A stretch of 17,365 nt of DNA, from positions 1-17,365 of the forward strand of contig CAYQPU010000035.1 of the NCBI GenBank assembly GCA_964419615.1, given 5' to 3'. Below the pieces are notes generated by a model. It searched no databases and was not told the DNA's origin. It was given only the letters and a program-made list of their open reading frames with translations. This DNA is from an uncultured Methanosarcinales archaeon. Its GTDB lineage: Archaea; Nanobdellota; Nanobdellia; Woesearchaeales; JAGVZT01. Both the position numbers and the translations under genes were made by a program. How positions within the stretch are numbered: position 1 is the stretch's first letter; each line of letters begins with the position of its first letter. Below are positions 15,181 to 17,365 of the stretch, piece after piece.

Positions 15181-16383
15181 TTATTGTTTTTTTAGCCAAG
15201 CTAGCTCATCTTTATCAAGTTTAAAGTATTCAGAAATTTCTTTAGCTATTTGCTTGTTTTGTTTGAGCATGAATGTGATATATGGATGTGTCTGTTGGAT
15301 AGTGGTTTTAGCCGATGTATGCATTTTTTGGCCAATTTTGTGGGCTATTGCCTTTCTTTTCTTTCTTGTCTGACTAATTCTCCAGAGCTTAAATATTCTA
15401 GAGCTAGGTTTGTACTGTATGAATTTCTTGTATTTTTCTTTTTTTGCTAGCGCAACACCTGCTGTCATTAGTGCTTTTTGATAGACTAAAAATCTCCAGT
15501 ATTGCCATCTTCGAATTCTCCGCTTGAATATGTCTGCTTTTGATAATGATTCATAGGCTTTACATAGTTCTTTAGGATTTGTGTATTCTTTTGGCAAATT
15601 TTCATCAATCCAAAGGAAACTTCGATCTAGATCTTCATCAACATTATCAAGTGCAGAGGAAGCAATTTCAATTTTTGTTGATTTGAATATTCGCAGTAAA
15701 GCATCCAACATACTTTCTGTTTTGTTTCGGTCATCAAGTTTTTCAACATCTTTACTTACTGATGTTAAAGCTATACTTTGAAAGTCATTGATTGATGCTC
15801 TAAAGTCTCCTCCTGCACGTCTTGCAATCTTAATAAGAGTTTTTTCATCCACTCCAAGTTTTTCCTGATCTGATATTTTCTGGAGTAGATTTTTTATTGA
15901 TAGATAGGATGGAGTTCTAAGTTGGATTATTTCACATTTTCTTCTAAGTGTGGAGAATTTTGAATCATAGATATCATTTGATGTTAGAACCAAAGGATGA
16001 CTTGTTTTTGCAATGACCTTGATTAATTCGGCTACACCTCCACGATCGTGCCTACCAGATAAACCATCAATTTCATCAACTAAAATTAATTTTCCCTTGT
16101 TAAATAAACTCATTTGTTGAGAGGCAGAACCTACAATTGAATTAATTCCAGCTTTGTTTCTAAAGTCAGATGCATTAACCTCTAATATTTCAAGGTTAAG
16201 ATCTCTTGCTAACGCATGTACAATACATGTTTTCCCAACTCCAGTCTGACCGTACAAAAGCAATGCTTTCTTTTTCTGCTTTTTGAAACTAAGAACATAA
16301 TTTTTTAGTTGTTCAACTGCCTTATTGTGCGCATGCACGTCTTTTAAAGTCTTTGGGCAGTATTTTATTGTCCACGGTAACAT
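15181..16383 (-). CDS. rfcL: Replication factor C large subunit
   Basis: PWTIKYCP (RFC box II), Walker A GQTGVGKT, EVNASDFR, Walker B LVDEIDG, GDFRASINDFQ, WIDENLP, and ADIF..RI.R.QYW.F. Confidence 0.95.
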   Translation of the reverse strand: MLPWTIKYCPKTLKDVHAHNKAVEQLKNYVLSFKKQKKKALLLYGQTGVGKTCIVHALARDLNLEILEVNASDFRNKAGINSIVGSASQQMSLFNKGKLILVDEIDGLSGRHDRGGVAELIKVIAKTSHPLVLTSNDIYDSKFSTLRRKCEIIQLRTPSYLSIKNLLQKISDQEKLGVDEKTLIKIARRAGGDFRASINDFQSIALTSVSKDVEKLDDRNKTESMLDALLRIFKSTKIEIASSALDNVDEDLDRSFLWIDENLPKEYTNPKELCKAYESLSKADIFKRRIRRWQYWRFLVYQKALMTAGVALAKKEKYKKFIQYKPSSRIFKLWRISQTRKKRKAIAHKIGQKMHTSAKTTIQQTHPYITFMLKQNKQIAKEISEYFKLDKDELAWLKKQ

Positions 16384-16440
16384 GGTTTTTTGTAATTAAT
16401 GTGTGTTTAATAATGTTTGCAAGCATATTTTATATTCTAT

Positions 16441-17220
16441 TTAAACTGGCTGAAACTCCTTGTCTCCATAAATATCCAAGTATCTTTTCCAGATTCCTAT
16501 ACAAACTTTGTTTTTTAAGCACACTTTACATCTATCCAGTTTAACACAAGATCTTTCTAAAGATCCGAACAAGTTGGTATTATTATCTGTTTTTTTATTT
16601 TGACCAACTTGTTTTACATAAGGAACTGTCTTAGAATATGCACATAAATAGTTTTTAAGAGTCTGATCTGATAAGTGTTGCTCTGGCCTCATGTAATTAA
16701 ACATAATACTCTTTAAGGGATATTTCCCAATTAATTTCACAAATGCTGGAATCTCTTTATAATTTAATTGATTTATTACAAAAGTAACAGTACAAAAAGC
16801 TCCAAGTTCACATGCATTGCTTATTCCCTGTAATGCTTGGTTAAAGGAGTCTTTTGTTTGAGTTAGTTTATCATGTGTTTTTGAATTTGATCCGTGTAAT
16901 GAGAATGAGATTTTATCAAGACCCGCTTTGATAATTTTTTCTGCAAATTTCTTATTTGAGAGCATTCTGCCATTTGTTTCTAATGATATTTTTTTATATC
17001 CTGCTTTTTTGGCAAGCGATATTAACTGTATAGCATCTTTCCTGATTGTAAATTCTCCACCAAGAAACTCGATTAAATCATAATCAGAAGCATTATTAAC
17101 TATTGCACTGGCTACTTCTTCTGTAGACCTGTTGTTTTTTGATTTGTTGAAACTATTAGCACTACAAAAAACACAGTTATTGTTACAACTAAAACCAACG
17201 AACATGAGTAATGTAGACAT
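16441..17220 (-). CDS. Radical SAM enzyme, HxsC-like, with C-terminal Cys cluster
   Basis: CNNNCVFC (CxxxCxxC), GGE motif (FLGGEFT), ETNGR, SLHGS...HD.LT, and C-terminal Cx5Cx2Cx5C (CVKLDRCKVCLKNKVC) followed by GIW..Y...YG..EF.PV. Confidence 0.88.
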   Translation of the reverse strand: MSTLLMFVGFSCNNNCVFCSANSFNKSKNNRSTEEVASAIVNNASDYDLIEFLGGEFTIRKDAIQLISLAKKAGYKKISLETNGRMLSNKKFAEKIIKAGLDKISFSLHGSNSKTHDKLTQTKDSFNQALQGISNACELGAFCTVTFVINQLNYKEIPAFVKLIGKYPLKSIMFNYMRPEQHLSDQTLKNYLCAYSKTVPYVKQVGQNKKTDNNTNLFGSLERSCVKLDRCKVCLKNKVCIGIWKRYLDIYGDKEFQPV

Positions 17221-17324
17221 GGAGCTTGTGAAGTGTTACAAGTTTATTAATTTTTAGTTGAAATTGTCCCACCAATCCGTTGTGAAAAATGTTTATATAG
17301 TTCAGTAATTCTTTAGATAATTGC

Positions 17325-17344
17325 ACTGATCACTTACTGATCAC
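17325..17344. repeat. 9-bp direct repeat ACTGATCAC x2 with 11-bp period; each copy contains the palindrome TGATCA
   Basis: Seen directly at 17325-17333 and 17336-17344. Confidence 0.6.
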
Positions 17345-17365
17345 ATTGTTGTAAAAAGAGCGGGT

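Noticed and set aside
15250-16544. Small plus-strand ORFs over rfcL and the radical SAM 3' end
   Set aside because: Antisense shadows with no motifs.

Overview
AT-rich, gene-dense archaeal chromosomal segment, most consistent with a DPANN/Nanobdellota (Woesearchaeota-like) genome. The taxonomy is inferred from the archaeal ATP-dependent DNA ligase, SMC, RFC large subunit, single-OB SSB, an intron-containing tRNA and TATA-type promoters. The core genes are lig, smc, ssb, glyS and rfcL. Three accessory modules stand out. (1) A translationally coupled operon at the left edge: permuted NlpC/P60 protein, holo-ACP synthase AcpS and a long-chain acyl-AMP ligase (partial, not in the ORF track). This is a bacterial-type ACP/fatty-acyl module, unexpected in an archaeon. 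(2) A divergent cassette of inositol monophosphatase versus PIG-L deacetylase plus GT4 glycosyltransferase, with mycothiol/GPI-like logic. (3) A tRNA-Phe(GAA) gene with two introns: 31 nt at 37/38 and 149 nt at T-loop position 59/60, the latter folding into its own cloverleaf. Also present: a PC4-like ssDNA-binding protein, a possible EreA/TIKI-superfamily protein, an HxsC-like radical SAM enzyme and two ORFans. No CRISPR array, rRNA or transposase was seen. All family calls are from manual motif recognition; no database searches were run.
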